Below, one piece after another: positions 45,846 to 54,519 of a DNA stretch of 64,000 bases (within the stretch, counting starts at the first letter, position 1; every line of letters begins with the position of its first letter). Location of the stretch: positions 248 through 64,247 of the forward strand of contig CANRMP010000012.1 in NCBI GenBank assembly GCA_947631765.1, given 5' to 3'. A program made the position numbers and the translations under genes. This stretch comes from an uncultured Clostridia bacterium (GTDB lineage Bacteria > Bacillota > Clostridia > Oscillospirales > CAG-272). The notes beneath the pieces are model-generated. The model was not told the DNA's origin. It saw only the letters and a program-made list of their open reading frames with translations, and searched no databases.

Positions 45846-46280
45846 ATGAATGAACGCATATTTTTTTACAAACTCGGAAAGCTCGTATATCAAATTGACG
45901 GCGTGTATGAGGCGTACGGGAAAAGCTGTAAGCTCGGTTCCCCGAATCTTCTATGGATTCTATATGCCTTAAACGACGGAGAGAGACACAGCCAAAAGCA
46001 AATCTGCGATGATTGGGACATTCCGCGCAGTACTGCGAACACCATTATTAAGGATTTAGAGGGCAAAAACTATATCACGCTCTCTCAAATCAAGGGCGAA
46101 CGGCGGGAACTGCTCATATCATTGACCCCGAGCGGCAAGGAATATGCCGACGGAATACTTTCCGACCTTTATAAACGGGAAAAGGAAATTTACTCAAAAA
46201 TCGAAGCTCCCGAAGAGCTTCTCACAATCTTGCAAAATTTAGCGGCGAAAATGCAAAAAATAGCCGCAAAAGCAGACTAA
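45846..46280 (+). CDS. MarR-family transcriptional regulator
   Basis: 144 aa. Winged-helix core ICDDWDIPRSTANTIIKDLEGKNYITL...GERRELLISLTPSG. Confidence 0.85.
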   Translation: MNERIFFYKLGKLVYQIDGVYEAYGKSCKLGSPNLLWILYALNDGERHSQKQICDDWDIPRSTANTIIKDLEGKNYITLSQIKGERRELLISLTPSGKEYADGILSDLYKREKEIYSKIEAPEELLTILQNLAAKMQKIAAKAD

Positions 46281-46305
46281 AATAATTGGTGGAGGGTTTA
46301 AATAT

Positions 46306-46863
46306 ATGAAAATCGTTGCTCTCACGGGCAGTCCGCAAAAGAACGGCTCGTCCAATCTGCTTGCAGAACAGTTTATCAAAGGCGCAAAGGAGTCAGGGCA
46401 TTCGGTTTCTATCATCGACGCGGCAGAGGCGAACGTTCACCCCTGTACGGGTTGCGTGCGATGCGGATACGGCAGTCCCTGCGCGCAAAAAGACGATATG
46501 GGTTCGGAAAGCGGAGCAACGAGCGGATTTAAAGCGGAAATTTTAGGCGCCGATATGGTGGTATTTGTCACGCCGCTTTACTATTTCGGAATGTCATCAC
46601 AGCTCAAAGCGCTAATCGATCGCTTCTGCGCCTTTAACGGTGAAATCCAAAGAAAACACATGAAATCGGCGCTCATTGCCGCCTGGAACGCGGACGGTTG
46701 GACTTTCGAAGCGCTCGCGGCGCATTATCAAACGCTCGTGCGGTATCTGAATTTTAAAGATGAGGGAATGATTCTCGGCAAGGGGTGCGGCACGCCCGAT
46801 ATTTCCTCTCGCTCCCGCTATATGGCGCAAGCCTATGAGCTCGGCAAGAGTCTGCGGGGGTGA
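46306..46863 (+). CDS. NAD(P)H-dependent FMN reductase / iron-sulfur flavoprotein family
   Basis: 185 aa. MKIVALTGSPQKNGSSN..., CTGCVRCG motif, VFVTPLYYFGMSSQLKALIDR. Confidence 0.8.
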   Translation: MKIVALTGSPQKNGSSNLLAEQFIKGAKESGHSVSIIDAAEANVHPCTGCVRCGYGSPCAQKDDMGSESGATSGFKAEILGADMVVFVTPLYYFGMSSQLKALIDRFCAFNGEIQRKHMKSALIAAWNADGWTFEALAAHYQTLVRYLNFKDEGMILGKGCGTPDISSRSRYMAQAYELGKSLRG

Positions 46864-46866
46864 AGC

Positions 46867-47166
46867 ATGGCGTTTACGGTCAATATCTATTACACGGGTA
46901 TAGGCGGCAGTGCAAGGGAGTTTGCAAAAGAAATGAAAGCAAGCGGGCTTGTGGATAAAATCCGCGCTGAAAAGGGCAATCTCCGCTATGAATATTTTTT
47001 GCCGCTTGACGATCCCGAAACTCTACTGCTTATCGACGCTTGGGAAAGCGAGGAAGCCCTCGACTATCACCATAAAAGCCCCATGATGGCACAAATCGCC
47101 GCCCTGCGCGAGAAATATCACCTCAAAATGCGGGTAAAAAAATATCATGAAATAACAAAGGAGTAG
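46867..47166 (+). CDS. ABM-domain (antibiotic biosynthesis monooxygenase-like) protein
   Basis: 99 aa. Ferredoxin-like ABM pattern: L.YEYF......LLLID.WES.EAL..H. Confidence 0.7.
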   Translation: MAFTVNIYYTGIGGSAREFAKEMKASGLVDKIRAEKGNLRYEYFLPLDDPETLLLIDAWESEEALDYHHKSPMMAQIAALREKYHLKMRVKKYHEITKE

Positions 47167-47169
47167 CAA

Positions 47170-47763
47170 ATGAAGAGAATAAAACCAATGTCGCTTCTGC
47201 TGATTGCCGTAAGCTGTTTGGGACTTGCTCTTTCGGGCTGCGGCAAGCAGAGCGACGATAAAGGAAAGCTTGAACCGACCGATTCGTCGAAAATCCTCGT
47301 CGCGTATTTTTCAGCGACGGGAAACACCCAAAAAGTCGCAGAATACATAGCGGAGGTTACCGACGGAACGCTCTATGAAATAACCCCCGAACAGCCCTAT
47401 ACAAGCGGCGACTTAAATTACAGCGATTCGGACAGCCGTTCGACAAAAGAGCAAAACGACCCTGACGCCCGCCCCGCTATAAACGGAAGCGTCGAGAATA
47501 TTGAAAAATATGACGTGATTTATCTCGGATATCCTATTTGGCACGCCGAAGCGCCTAAAATTATCTATACCTTTCTTGAAAGCTACGACCTTTCCGGCAA
47601 GACAATTGTCCCGTTCTGCACGTCTGCAAGCAGTCCCTTGGGAAATAGCGCAAGCAATCTGCACGACCTTGCAAGCGGCGCAAATTGGCTTTCGGGCGAG
47701 CGGTTTGCAAGCAATGCGGCGCAAAGCACAATAGAAGCTTGGCTGGAAGGATTAACGTATTAA
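47170..47763 (+). CDS. flavodoxin-family lipoprotein
   Basis: 197 aa. Lipobox LSGC. ILVAYFSATGNTQKVAEYIA, YDVIYLGYPIWHAEAP, FCTSASS. Confidence 0.8.
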   Translation: MKRIKPMSLLLIAVSCLGLALSGCGKQSDDKGKLEPTDSSKILVAYFSATGNTQKVAEYIAEVTDGTLYEITPEQPYTSGDLNYSDSDSRSTKEQNDPDARPAINGSVENIEKYDVIYLGYPIWHAEAPKIIYTFLESYDLSGKTIVPFCTSASSPLGNSASNLHDLASGANWLSGERFASNAAQSTIEAWLEGLTY

Positions 47764-47789
47764 AGCCATTCTTACTCCATCATTTAACC

Positions 47790-47824
47790 AAAAAACAGCG
47801 AGGAAATTACCTCGCTGTTTTTTC
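47790..47824. terminator. bidirectional terminator between convergent genes
   Basis: AAAAA-ACAGCGAGG-AAATTA-CCTCGCTGT-TTTTT. Confidence 0.8.
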
Positions 47825-47871
47825 TGCCCTTAAGAGCGTATTCTATTTTATCCAAACGCCTGATTTTATAA

Positions 47872-48963
47872 TCAGGTTAAAGTCAACTGACCGTCTTTTA
47901 TGTTTGCTGCTGTATAAACCGGCGCGTCGCTTCCCGAGCCGGTATATATGATAGACACAAGCTGATTATTGTCGTCCGTAAACATCTTGTCGGGGTCGAA
48001 CATATCTGCGGTAAACTCAACCGCATATACGTGAAGAAAATCGTTTATAAGCTTTACCGCAGAGGAGCGCCGTATCACCTCGACGACTCCCGAGGACACC
48101 GCGCAGGACTGGGTTGAAGCTTGAGTGAACTTAACGCCGTCGCTCTCGGTACTTATAAGCTTTCTGGTGAAGAAAATATCCTCTCCTCCCGAGGAAGGAA
48201 TATCTGTGACCACACAGTTCCTTACCTCGATGACAAAGAGCGAAACTCTGTCGTTTGTGACCTCGGCTTTGATCTTTGTATAAATCGTCGAAATGAGAAC
48301 TTTATAAACGTTCATAAGCACGGCGTCGGAAAATCCGCTGTAAGAGAGAAACGCCGCCATGGTGCCGCCGCTTAGCGACTGTACGCCCGGCATTAACGTT
48401 TCGCCGTTACTTAGCAGCATGGAATACGGAACATTTATATCCACTCCGCCGATTTTTTCGCAAAGCACCCCGAGGCGGCTCGGGTTTGACCAAAGGTAAT
48501 AGTCGACATAAACGCAAAAGTGGCTCTCTATTATCGATTTTACGGCAAGAATGGCGCTCTCTCTTGCTCTGTCAGCCGTGTTGCCGTCGGAAAGAGAGGA
48601 ATTGTAATTTCCCGAATAAACGCCCGCTATTGTGGTATACGCGTTGTTGACATAGGTTTTTATCGGGATTTGCAAAAAGCTCACCCCGTAGTCCTCGGCG
48701 GTATCTATCGAGCATATGAAAAGAGAGGAAAGGCTCCCTTCGGTGCCGCCTTCATTTAAAAACAAAATAGTATAAACGCCGCTTTTTTTGGCGATCGATA
48801 CGGGGGTGTTGTTTGACGAGTTGTCGGTTTTTGCCGTCGTTGTCTGAGTACCGCTTGCGCCTCCGAGGTCAAAAATATCAAGTAACGAACAGGATACGCA
48901 TGACAAGGCGAGTATAATACAAAGGGCGATAAGCGCCCCGCTTTTTGTCATTTTTATTATCAT
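47872..48963 (-). CDS. LytR-CpsA-Psr (LCP)-like lipoprotein, degenerate
   Basis: 363 aa. Lipobox-like LSCVSC. Overall LCP spacing (ILFLNEGG...SLFICSID...FLQIPIKTYV...IGGVDINVP), but IPIKTYV replaces the usual IPRDTYV. Call made from memory of the family pattern only. Confidence 0.4.
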   Translation of the reverse strand: MIIKMTKSGALIALCIILALSCVSCSLLDIFDLGGASGTQTTTAKTDNSSNNTPVSIAKKSGVYTILFLNEGGTEGSLSSLFICSIDTAEDYGVSFLQIPIKTYVNNAYTTIAGVYSGNYNSSLSDGNTADRARESAILAVKSIIESHFCVYVDYYLWSNPSRLGVLCEKIGGVDINVPYSMLLSNGETLMPGVQSLSGGTMAAFLSYSGFSDAVLMNVYKVLISTIYTKIKAEVTNDRVSLFVIEVRNCVVTDIPSSGGEDIFFTRKLISTESDGVKFTQASTQSCAVSSGVVEVIRRSSAVKLINDFLHVYAVEFTADMFDPDKMFTDDNNQLVSIIYTGSGSDAPVYTAANIKDGQLTLT

Positions 48964-49103
48964 AGTAACTTTCTGTCCTTTTCTCCTTTTAAAGCTGCAC
49001 GTAAAACAAGCCCGTAAAGGGAAATAAGTGCAATAATTTACTACGCCAATTATAACATAACCTATTCTAAGTTGTCAAGCAATTTGGCAATGTTATAAAA
49101 AGT

Positions 49104-49808
49104 TTACATCATTTGCGACAGTGCGTCAAGCGCGTCGGACAGTCCTCCGAGAGAATCTATAAGTCCCTCGTCCACCGCCTGCTTGCCCTCAAGTATGGTT
49201 CCGATGTCCGCCGCCATCTCATCAGACTTCATTAAAAGCTCACGAAAACGCTCCGCGCTGATTTTCGAGTGGGAACAGATAAAATCGGTTATACGGTTCT
49301 GCATATCCGAAAAATACCTGAAGGTCTGAGGCGCGCCAATGACCGTGCCGCTTATTCTCACCGGATGAACGGTCATGGTTGCAGACGGAACAATAAAGGA
49401 TTTTTTTGCGGAAACCGCAAGAGGCACGCCTATCGAGTGACCTCCGCCCAAAACGAGCGATACCGAAGGCTTTTTCATCGAGGCGACCATTTCGGCAATT
49501 GCAAGCCCCGCTTCAACGTCACCGCCCACCGTGTTGAGAAGAATAAGCAGACCGCTTATATTCTCATCCTCCTCCACCGAAACAAGAGCTGGCAGCACAT
49601 GCTCGTATTTTGTCGCCTTCTGACCGCCGCCCAAAGGGTAATGCCCTTCTATTTGCCCGATAATCGTAATGCAGTGAATTTTCTTGCCCTGATTTTCAAC
49701 CGTAACGCTACCGTCACAATTTTCGTTTTCACCGCCTTGATTTTCATTATCGGATGTGGCTTCCTCACCGTCAATTTGAGAGTTCATGATATTTTCATAA
49801 AAAATCAT
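49104..49808 (-). CDS. ClpP-fold serine protease, TepA/SDH family
   Basis: 234 aa. IIGQIEGH, LNTVGGDVEAGLAIAEMV, GGGHSIG. Confidence 0.8.
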   Translation of the reverse strand: MIFYENIMNSQIDGEEATSDNENQGGENENCDGSVTVENQGKKIHCITIIGQIEGHYPLGGGQKATKYEHVLPALVSVEEDENISGLLILLNTVGGDVEAGLAIAEMVASMKKPSVSLVLGGGHSIGVPLAVSAKKSFIVPSATMTVHPVRISGTVIGAPQTFRYFSDMQNRITDFICSHSKISAERFRELLMKSDEMAADIGTILEGKQAVDEGLIDSLGGLSDALDALSQMM

Positions 49809-49915
49809 AATTCACCTGTTTACTTTTTTAATCGAATATGTTATAATAATCGAAGAAATTTTTATTGTAACACAAATAAGTATTTGCATTTTGCTGCTTA
49901 TTATTCGGAGGATTT

Positions 49916-50485
49916 ATGAATTTTATTGTTGAAACATCCGCAAGACACATTCATCTCACAAATGAGCACATAGAAGTCCTTTTCGGAAAAGGTCACACGC
50001 TTACAAACAAAAAAGACCTTTCTCAACCCGGGCAGTTTGCCTGCGAAGAAAAGGTTACGCTTGTCGGGGAAAAGGGCACTCTTAAGGTAAGCGTGCTCGG
50101 ACCCGCAAGAAAGGATACACAGGTCGAGCTTTCGTACACCGACGCACGCACCCTGGGACTTAAAAACGTCCCTGTCAGGGAGAGTGGAGATATCGCGGGA
50201 ACTCCCGGCATTAAGCTTGTCGGTCCTTGCGGCGAGATTGAGCTTGAGACCGGCTGTATTATCGCAAAGCGCCACATACATATGACTCCCGAGGACGCGG
50301 CAAATTTCGGCGTTAAGGACAAGGATATTGTAAAAGTCGGCATTAAGAGCGAGGGCAGAGCCCTGATTTTTGACGACGTTGTCGTCAGAGTCAGCGAAAA
50401 CTATGCGCTTGCAATGCACATAGACACCGACGAAGCCAACGCCGCGGCGGCTTTCGGAACCTGCTACGGTACGATAGTCGATTGA
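49916..50485 (+). CDS. pduL: phosphate propanoyl/acetyl-transferase PduL
   Basis: 189 aa. Duplicated SARHIHL / AKRHIHM motifs and the QPGQFA segment typical of PduL. Confidence 0.9.
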   Translation: MNFIVETSARHIHLTNEHIEVLFGKGHTLTNKKDLSQPGQFACEEKVTLVGEKGTLKVSVLGPARKDTQVELSYTDARTLGLKNVPVRESGDIAGTPGIKLVGPCGEIELETGCIIAKRHIHMTPEDAANFGVKDKDIVKVGIKSEGRALIFDDVVVRVSENYALAMHIDTDEANAAAAFGTCYGTIVD

Positions 50486-50545
50486 TTTTTCCGATAAAAA
50501 ATCTAAAGCTGCGCAAAATAACAAAAAACGAACCGGAGAGGTCTT

Positions 50546-51409
50546 ATGGCTGAAAAAGAAACAGAAAATATCGAAGAATGTACCCATGACTGCTCAACCT
50601 GCGGTCTGAATTGTCCTTCAAAGGAACAGGAAAGCCTTGCCTTCAAGGCAAATCCCATGTCAAACGTAAAAAAAGTGATTGCCGTTGTCAGCGGAAAAGG
50701 CGGAGTCGGAAAATCTCTTGTGACCTCCATGCTCGCAATTCTCACCTCCCGCAACGGATATAACGGAGCTATTCTTGACGCGGACGTTACCGGTCCTTCA
50801 ATTCCGAGAATATTCGGCGTCGGCGGAAAACAGGTGACAGGCTCAGAGGACGGAATGTTTCCCGTTGAAAGCGACGGAGGCGTGCGCCTTATGAGTGTTA
50901 ATCTTCTGCTTGAAAACGAAACACAGCCTGTCGTGTGGAGAGGTCCTGTAATTGCAGGCGTTGTGAAGCAGTTTTGGACTGACGTATGCTGGGGAGACGT
51001 GGACTATATGTACGTGGATATGCCCCCCGGAACGGGAGACGTGCCGCTCACCGTCTTTCAATCGCTCCCGATTGACGGGATAATAATCGTGACCTCCCCT
51101 CAGGATCTGGTATCAATGATTGTCGAAAAGGCGGTCAATATGGCAAAGCTCATGAACATTCCAATATTGGGCATGGTTGAAAATTACAGCTATGTCACAT
51201 GCCCCGACTGCAAGCGGCAAATACCCGTGTTCGGAGAGAGCCGCGCCCGAGAGGTTGCCGACAAATACGGCATAGAACTGCTCGCAAAGCTCCCTGTCGA
51301 CCCCGATATTGCAAAACTGTGCGACAAGGGTAAGCTCGAGCTTATGGAAAATGACTATCTTGACCAAGCGTTTGAGCGGATTGTCGCGAAGCTTGATACG
51401 AAAAATTAA
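50546..51409 (+). CDS. Mrp/NBP35 (ApbC) family Fe-S cluster carrier ATPase
   Basis: 287 aa. N-terminal CTHDCSTCGLNCP, deviant Walker A SGKGGVGKS, and a CPDC motif. Confidence 0.88.
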   Translation: MAEKETENIEECTHDCSTCGLNCPSKEQESLAFKANPMSNVKKVIAVVSGKGGVGKSLVTSMLAILTSRNGYNGAILDADVTGPSIPRIFGVGGKQVTGSEDGMFPVESDGGVRLMSVNLLLENETQPVVWRGPVIAGVVKQFWTDVCWGDVDYMYVDMPPGTGDVPLTVFQSLPIDGIIIVTSPQDLVSMIVEKAVNMAKLMNIPILGMVENYSYVTCPDCKRQIPVFGESRAREVADKYGIELLAKLPVDPDIAKLCDKGKLELMENDYLDQAFERIVAKLDTKN

Positions 51410-51413
51410 GAAA

Positions 51414-51962
51414 ATGATCTATATTGTTTCGACAGACAGGCTTCTTGCAGAAGCTCTTGAGGTTATATTGAATGAACACGGTATGACAGACATTTTTCTT
51501 TCGGAAGCTCTGCCAAATGAAGCCGACCTTGTGATTGCAGACGCGGATACAGTTGATCTGCCCGCAGACCGCAAGGGTATTTTGACCATCTCTGCCGATA
51601 AGAAAAAGGGCGCTTATCTCATGCGCCCTTTTTTTGAAGACGATTTTGCCATGGCAGTCAGCTCAATGCTCCCGCAGTCGGATTTATACAAAGCAACCCC
51701 TCGGCTTACCAAGCAGGGGGTGAATTACAAGGGCAAAAATATTTCTCTTTCCCCGATTGAATACAAAATTTTCAAAATTCTTTACAGCAATATGGGGCGC
51801 TGTGTCACAATATCCGAGCTGCTGACCCTGTTTGAGAACAAAAACGACTCGGGAATAGTGCCTGTCTATATCAGATTTTTGCGCAAAAAACTGGATTTTG
51901 CCTTTGGAGAACGCCTTATATATACCGTCAGAGGACGGGGATACATGCTTAAATTCCCATGA
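51414..51962 (+). CDS. atypical OmpR-type winged-helix regulator with a short degenerate receiver
   Basis: Start moved to ATG 51414 because the ORF-track 51309 start overlaps mrp. C-terminal LSPIEYKIFKILYSN...ISELL...VPVYIRFLRKKL...IYTVRGRGYML is a Trans_reg_C domain. The N-domain is ~90 aa and lacks the acidic pair and the conserved Lys (LMRPF). Confidence 0.7.
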   Translation: MIYIVSTDRLLAEALEVILNEHGMTDIFLSEALPNEADLVIADADTVDLPADRKGILTISADKKKGAYLMRPFFEDDFAMAVSSMLPQSDLYKATPRLTKQGVNYKGKNISLSPIEYKIFKILYSNMGRCVTISELLTLFENKNDSGIVPVYIRFLRKKLDFAFGERLIYTVRGRGYMLKFP

Positions 51963-51986
51963 CAATTAAAAGAAAGGATAAACGCT

Positions 51987-53252
51987 TTGAAAGCTCAATA
52001 TACACTTATTAAAAACGCAAGACTTATAAATCACGGCGAAGGTCTGCCTCAAAACTGCTCCATTCTCATAAAAAAGGAAGAGGGACAGCCTTGGCGCATT
52101 GCGGAAATCGGGAAGGTGCAGACCGATAATATCGAAGGCTCGGTTTTTACATATGACGCCAGAAGTCACTATGTGAGCGCGGGCTTTACCGACCTTTGCA
52201 CTCACGCGTGCGAGCCGGGAAATATGTCGGATGAAACGCTGATAAGCGTTTCAAAAGCCGCCGCGGCGGGCGGCTTCACCTCAATTCTCACCACCCCGGA
52301 CACTGTCCCCTGCTCCGACACTGCGGGTGTGATTGAATATGTCATCTCAAACTCAAAAAAATCCGAGTGCCGTATCCTGCCCTCCGCCTCGGCGACAATG
52401 GGCAACGGTTCGCTAAAGCCTGCTCCTGTTGAAGAGCTTATGAAAAGCGGCGCGGCGGCGGTTTTTGCCACCTCTTATGTAGACCCCGACACACTGCTTG
52501 ATTTAATGAAGCTCTGCCGCGAAAAATCCTATCCGCTTATTATAAAATGCTCCGAGCCGTGCAAGTACGGCTCAACAGACGACGTTCCCAAAATTAAAGA
52601 GGATATTGCAACCGCCACCGCGATTATTCTTGCCAAAGAAAGCGGCTGTAAGATACATATAAGCTGTGTTTCAAGCCGGGGCGCGGTCGATATCATACGC
52701 CGCGCAAAGGATGCTGGCGCAAACATTACCTGCGGCACCTGCCCTCAGTATTTCATATTTGAAAAGCACGACGTTTTGTTTTTCGGCAATAACCTAAAGC
52801 TCATGCCGCCGCTCGGCACGGAGGAGGATAAAATCGCCGTTATACAGGGGATAAAGGACGGTACAATAGACTGCATATCAAGCGACCACACTCCGAGACC
52901 GGAGTCTTCAAAAAATGCAAAAAATGTAACGTATGAAAAAGCTTCATGCGGCATGATTTCCCTTCAAACGCTCTTTTCGGCATCCTATACCCACCTTGTA
53001 AACCGCGAAATTATCTCCCTGCAAAGACTAATTGAAATGATAGCCTATAACCCCGCCGCAATTCTCGGCAGACAGGGCGAGCTGACGGTCGGCGGAGTAG
53101 CGGACATCACCGTGTTTTCCGCCTCAAGCCGCGATACTCATGAAATAAAGCGGGAGGACAACAAGAGCCGTTCGTCAAACTCGCCGTTTTTCGGTCAGAC
53201 GCTTTGCGGAACGGTTATCAAAACCTTTGTGGGCGACGAGCTCCCCGCCTGA
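51987..53252 (+). CDS. dihydroorotase-like amidohydrolase with a non-canonical metal site
   Basis: 421 aa, TTG start. Collinear with class-I PyrC (GFTDL.TH..EPG, AAAGGFTS, ISSDHTP), but DLCTHACEPG replaces DxHVHxRxPG. Confidence 0.7.
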   Translation: MKAQYTLIKNARLINHGEGLPQNCSILIKKEEGQPWRIAEIGKVQTDNIEGSVFTYDARSHYVSAGFTDLCTHACEPGNMSDETLISVSKAAAAGGFTSILTTPDTVPCSDTAGVIEYVISNSKKSECRILPSASATMGNGSLKPAPVEELMKSGAAAVFATSYVDPDTLLDLMKLCREKSYPLIIKCSEPCKYGSTDDVPKIKEDIATATAIILAKESGCKIHISCVSSRGAVDIIRRAKDAGANITCGTCPQYFIFEKHDVLFFGNNLKLMPPLGTEEDKIAVIQGIKDGTIDCISSDHTPRPESSKNAKNVTYEKASCGMISLQTLFSASYTHLVNREIISLQRLIEMIAYNPAAILGRQGELTVGGVADITVFSASSRDTHEIKREDNKSRSSNSPFFGQTLCGTVIKTFVGDELPA

Positions 53253-53316
53253 ACGTAAAATAAAATGTGTACTCCGCATTTTTTTGCGGAGTACAAACAT
53301 TTATATAAGACAGGTT

Positions 53317-54336
53317 TTAAGCTTCACCTTCGGGTTCGGGGTACTTAACGCCCATCGGAAGGGGTTCACCTATTGCCGGATAGCCCGTTTCGTCAAAATA
53401 CACCCGCTGAACATGAAGATATCTCGGCGCCCAGCTTACCTTGACGTTGCTTTCGTGCATACTGTGATATGCAATATACAAATTACCGTCAGGGGCGGTA
53501 AAGAAGGAGGCATGCCCCGGACCGTACGTTCCGTTGCCCTTGACAAACACGGGTCGCTCCGCTTTTGCCCACGATTTCGGGTCTAAAATATCCTTGCCCA
53601 CACATTCAAGCACACCGAGACTGTAATAATCAGACCAACACCCGTTTGCCGAATAGATTATAAAAAGCCGCTTTTTATCGGGCGAGGTCACAAAAAACGA
53701 GCCTTCGACAATTGTCGAGTTACCGACGTACGGCGGCACCTTTTCCCAGTCGTATTCCGCCTCGCAGATAAGCCTTCCGCAAGGCTCCGCGAAGCTTATC
53801 GGGTCCTTCATCCTTCTTATATGAATACGCAGGCCGTTTTTTTCGGCGGAATAACACATATATATATTTCCGTCCGAATGGCGATAAACGGTGGGATCTA
53901 TCGCGTTCATCGCACTGTCGGGGAATCCGGCAAATTCAAAGCCGTCAAACGGGTCGTCGCTGAGCGAGCGGAGAATGAAGAGCGTGCGGTCCTCTCTTCC
54001 GTCCGGAGTGCGAGCGCCGCTTGTGTATATGTACCATCTGCCGTCAAAAAAGTGCATTTCGGGCGCCCATATACAGCCGGTTATCCCGTCTCCCTGCGAA
54101 ACGCTGTAAACCTGCTTGCTGTTTTCATTGTTTCGAAGCTCACCCAAAGTGCGGCTTCTGTAAATGCGCACCTCTTTTCCCCTTGTGAAAAGCAGATAAT
54201 AGTACCTGTACTTTTTGTCATATACCACATACGGGTCGGGCGACTCCTCGGAGCCTATGGGGTTTACGTAATATTTTTCGTTTTCTTTTGCCGTTACGGC
54301 GTCCGGAATTTTAAAATCTGCCGAGTTTCTTAACAT
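53317..54336 (-). CDS. glycoside hydrolase family 43
   Basis: 339 aa, no signal peptide. DPYVVY, IWAPEMHFFDGRWYIYTS, and a five-bladed propeller pattern with EGSFF. Confidence 0.85.
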   Translation of the reverse strand: MLRNSADFKIPDAVTAKENEKYYVNPIGSEESPDPYVVYDKKYRYYYLLFTRGKEVRIYRSRTLGELRNNENSKQVYSVSQGDGITGCIWAPEMHFFDGRWYIYTSGARTPDGREDRTLFILRSLSDDPFDGFEFAGFPDSAMNAIDPTVYRHSDGNIYMCYSAEKNGLRIHIRRMKDPISFAEPCGRLICEAEYDWEKVPPYVGNSTIVEGSFFVTSPDKKRLFIIYSANGCWSDYYSLGVLECVGKDILDPKSWAKAERPVFVKGNGTYGPGHASFFTAPDGNLYIAYHSMHESNVKVSWAPRYLHVQRVYFDETGYPAIGEPLPMGVKYPEPEGEA

Positions 54337-54439
54337 AGCATCCTCCTTGCCGACAAAAGCCGGTCTTTTTTTTATACAACTCCATTATATAAAACTTTAT
54401 ATCTTTTGTCAATATTGATGAAAAATTTAAAATGTAATA

Positions 54440-54468
54440 TTGACTAACCTTAAAGTTATTGATATAAT
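54440..54468 (+). promoter_or_regulatory. sigma-A-type promoter of the ydbC-like gene
   Basis: TTGACT (54440..54445), 17 nt, TATAAT (54463..54468). Confidence 0.65.
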
Positions 54469-54519
54469 AGAAACTGACAGCACAAACCGAGTTATGCGGG
54501 CAAAGGAGGATTTTTACAT

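Noticed and set aside
51309-51413. 35-codon upstream extension of the winged-helix regulator overlapping the end of mrp.
   Set aside because: The extension lies in an alternate frame of the mrp C-terminus and has no family features. ATG 51414 starts right after the mrp stop and gives the receiver-like beta-1 strand MIYIVS.
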